Positions 62,188-64,000 of a stretch of DNA of 64,000 nucleotides are shown here, in pieces. The stretch is from Actinomycetota bacterium (lineage in GTDB: Bacteria > Actinomycetota > Acidimicrobiia > Acidimicrobiales > Ilumatobacteraceae). The stretch's first letter is position 1, and every line of letters starts with the position of its first letter. The notes beneath the pieces were generated by a model. It was given only the letters and a program-made list of their open reading frames with translations. It was not told where the DNA came from and searched no databases. The DNA lies in assembly GCA_009703125.1 (NCBI GenBank), contig WLGS01000001.1, forward strand, positions 29,860 through 93,859. The letters run 5' to 3'. The position numbers were made by a program, and so were the translations under genes.

Positions 62188-63117
62188 TTACTGGGAGTTC
62201 GTGCCCCGGCTCATCGGGGCTCCAGCTTTTCCCTCAGTGCCATCTCCGTCAACCCGACCAAAAATGTCGCGCCACATCTCTTCAATCACATCTTCAGCAG
62301 TCCGCGATGAACCTTCTCGCATGCGCACTCGACCCGACAAAGCAACCATCGCTGCATCAAGACCCACTGTCGTATCGTGAACAGTGAGTCCACGTAATTC
62401 TGCAAGCGACACTGCAACCTTTGCAAAGTCCACTGCTCCGCGCACCGACGATCCCACTCGAAGGTCAGGATGTACGCGAGTGCGACGTACAAGTTCAACT
62501 GCGCGAGAAATCCATTGCGCATCAAGCGGTGATCCTTGAATATGGCGCACCACAATCGCTTGTTCGTCCTCGGCCGACTGATACGACATTGCAACTCGAC
62601 ATACACGGTCATAGACCGCCCCGGAGATACGCGCTGTACCCACTGCATCAAAGGGGTTCATCGCCGCCACAAGTCTGAAGCCTTGGGATGCGGCAACATG
62701 TCCGAGGCGTGGAACATGTAATTCGCCTTCACTCATCACAGTGATAAGCACATTGAGTGTCTCTTCTGGGATGCGGTTGATTTCTTCTACATACAGAAGT
62801 GCACCTTCGCGCATTGCCGTCACGAGCGGACCGTCAACGAAGACTTCAGGGTCGTATCCCTCATTAAGAACACGAGCGGGATCGAAATGTCCCACAAGTC
62901 GCGCAGGAGTTAACTCTGCGTTGCCTTCAACAAATTCAAAACCGATACCCAAACCTTGTGCCACAGCGCGCAACAAAGTTGATTTTCCAGTTCCAGGTGG
63001 ACCTTCCAACAACACGTGACGGTCAGCGGCCAATGCTGCAAGCACAAGTTCTACTTCACGTTGTCGACCCACCACTTGGGTGGACAACACATGTCGCAGC
63101 GCAGATGAATCAGTCAT
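62188..63117 (-). CDS. MoxR-like AAA+ ATPase
   Basis: Walker A LLEGPPGTGKS, Walker B LLYVEEINR and sensor region typical of MoxR. The ATG at 63117 overlaps the upstream ADH stop (ATGACTGA). Confidence 0.85.
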   Translation of the reverse strand: MTDSSALRHVLSTQVVGRQREVELVLAALAADRHVLLEGPPGTGKSTLLRAVAQGLGIGFEFVEGNAELTPARLVGHFDPARVLNEGYDPEVFVDGPLVTAMREGALLYVEEINRIPEETLNVLITVMSEGELHVPRLGHVAASQGFRLVAAMNPFDAVGTARISGAVYDRVCRVAMSYQSAEDEQAIVVRHIQGSPLDAQWISRAVELVRRTRVHPDLRVGSSVRGAVDFAKVAVSLAELRGLTVHDTTVGLDAAMVALSGRVRMREGSSRTAEDVIEEMWRDIFGRVDGDGTEGKAGAPMSRGTNSQ

Positions 63118-64000
63118 AGACGATGACGCCGCGAATGTTTTCGCCGTCACGCATGGCCTGGTAACCCTCATTGATTTGATCAAGTGAATAACGCTTGGTG
63201 ATTAACTCATCGAGTTTCAGATCACCCACACGATAGAGATCGAGAAGTTTGGGAATATCTGCCCGTGGATTCAAACTGCCAAAGATTGTTCCTTTGACTT
63301 CTTTGTTCCACATAGCCAACTGAAACAAGTTGATGTCTGCAGTGGTTTCTTGCATGGGTGAGATTGCAGTCACCACACAGGTGCCGCCTTTGCCCACCAT
63401 GGACATGGCCTCGCCCATCATGTCCCCATGCAACACGCCGGGGGTCATGATGACGCGATCGGCCATCTCGCCCCAGGTCAACTCTGCGATGTGGGGCAAT
63501 GCTTCAGCCATAGATGCAAATGTGTGTGTTGCCCCCAGTTCCATTGCCTTCTCGCGCTTGAACTCCACTGGGTCAACAGCAATGATGCGCTTAGCGCCCG
63601 CCATGCGCGCACCTTGCACAGCATTGATGCCAATGCCACCAATGCCCACCACAACAACGGTGTCGCCAGGTTGAGTATCTGCACGATTTGTTGCCGAACC
63701 CCATCCGGTAGCTACACCACAAGACACCAAAGCAACGGCATCCAAAGGCAAGTCCTTCTCCACTTTGATAAGAGATGCTTCGGCGACTGTTGCGTACTCC
63801 GAAAAGGTTCCCAACTTTGCCATCAACTTCACAGGCCGGCCATCTTTCACGTGATGACGATGGGTGCCATCGGTAATCATTCCACCGGTCAACGTTCCCG
63901 CACCAAGGTTGCACAAGTTTTGGCGTCCTGTTGAGCAATAGCGACAACGCCCACACGAAGGCACAAAACTTGCCGACACATGGTCACCAGGAACCAACGA
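63110..64000 (-). CDS. zinc-dependent alcohol dehydrogenase family protein, C-terminal part (5' end outside window)
   Basis: Structural-zinc motif C-x2-C-x2-C-x7-C (CGRCRYCSTGRQNLC) and NAD-binding VVVVGIGGIGINAV. The frame stays open to base 64000. Confidence 0.8.
   Translation of the reverse strand, partial: SLVPGDHVSASFVPSCGRCRYCSTGRQNLCNLGAGTLTGGMITDGTHRHHVKDGRPVKLMAKLGTFSEYATVAEASLIKVEKDLPLDAVALVSCGVATGWGSATNRADTQPGDTVVVVGIGGIGINAVQGARMAGAKRIIAVDPVEFKREKAMELGATHTFASMAEALPHIAELTWGEMADRVIMTPGVLHGDMMGEAMSMVGKGGTCVVTAISPMQETTADINLFQLAMWNKEVKGTIFGSLNPRADIPKLLDLYRVGDLKLDELITKRYSLDQINEGYQAMRDGENIRGVIVYD

Noticed and set aside
61705-62387. Plus-strand ORFs of 201 and 164 aa.
   Set aside because: They are antisense to the VWA and MoxR genes and are low-complexity.
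1-64000. Search by eye for tRNA, rRNA, riboswitch-sized leaders, prophage or integrase/transposase genes, and toxin-antitoxin or defence-island hallmarks.
   Set aside because: Non-coding gaps are mostly under 130 bp; the only large one is 50809-51109. None shows cloverleaf-like or known riboswitch features that I can recognise. No mobile-element or classical defence genes were identified. The stand-alone PD-(D/E)XK nuclease looks like the common housekeeping RecB-like family.

Overview
This is a tightly packed bacterial chromosomal window with about 45 protein-coding genes and many 4- or 8-nt start/stop overlaps. By eye I found no rRNA, tRNA, CRISPR array, transposase or integrase. Gene content suggests a monoderm, Actinomycetota-like organism: an LPXTG-sorted surface protein, an LCP cell-wall transferase, an ECF sigma / zinc-finger anti-sigma pair, an actinobacterial-type ValRS and Thr/Pro-rich linkers.

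Left third: a GH38 mannosidase fragment, SDR, PD-(D/E)XK nuclease, Baeyer-Villiger monooxygenase, D-aminoacylase, acyl-CoA synthetase, enoyl-CoA hydratase and an SRPBCC protein. These are followed by a GrdB-family gene split by an in-frame TGA (probable selenocysteine), an MFS transporter, flavin reductase, YVTN beta-propeller lipoprotein, membrane acyltransferase, SbtA-type permease and two small paralogous winged-helix regulators.

Middle: an RCC1-repeat/MBG LPXTG protein, TetR, ECF sigma, a metal ABC importer co-transcribed with a ZAS anti-sigma factor, a DrrAB-type exporter and TetR.

One third of the window (30016-50808, minus strand) is a single uninterrupted 6,930-codon ORF. From N- to C-terminus it encodes a signal peptide, FN3, an S8 subtilase, six tandem FN3 + glycine-rich (ALK/LTK-like polyglycine-II) modules with nested mini-domains, a long Ig-like stalk, helical repeats and a C-terminal multi-pass membrane domain. 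This is the main candidate for something novel.

Right: TetR, a 7-bladed propeller-OmpA protein, acyl-CoA dehydrogenase, MFS, cysS, valS, LCP, VWA, MoxR and a Zn-ADH fragment.

Other notable signals are two intergenic arrays of four CATG-core sites phased at exactly 14 bp (the sbtA promoter and the promoter region of the adjacent regulator), and the UGA/UxxC recoding site with a downstream hairpin. All functional calls rest on motif recognition in the supplied translations; no database search was run.
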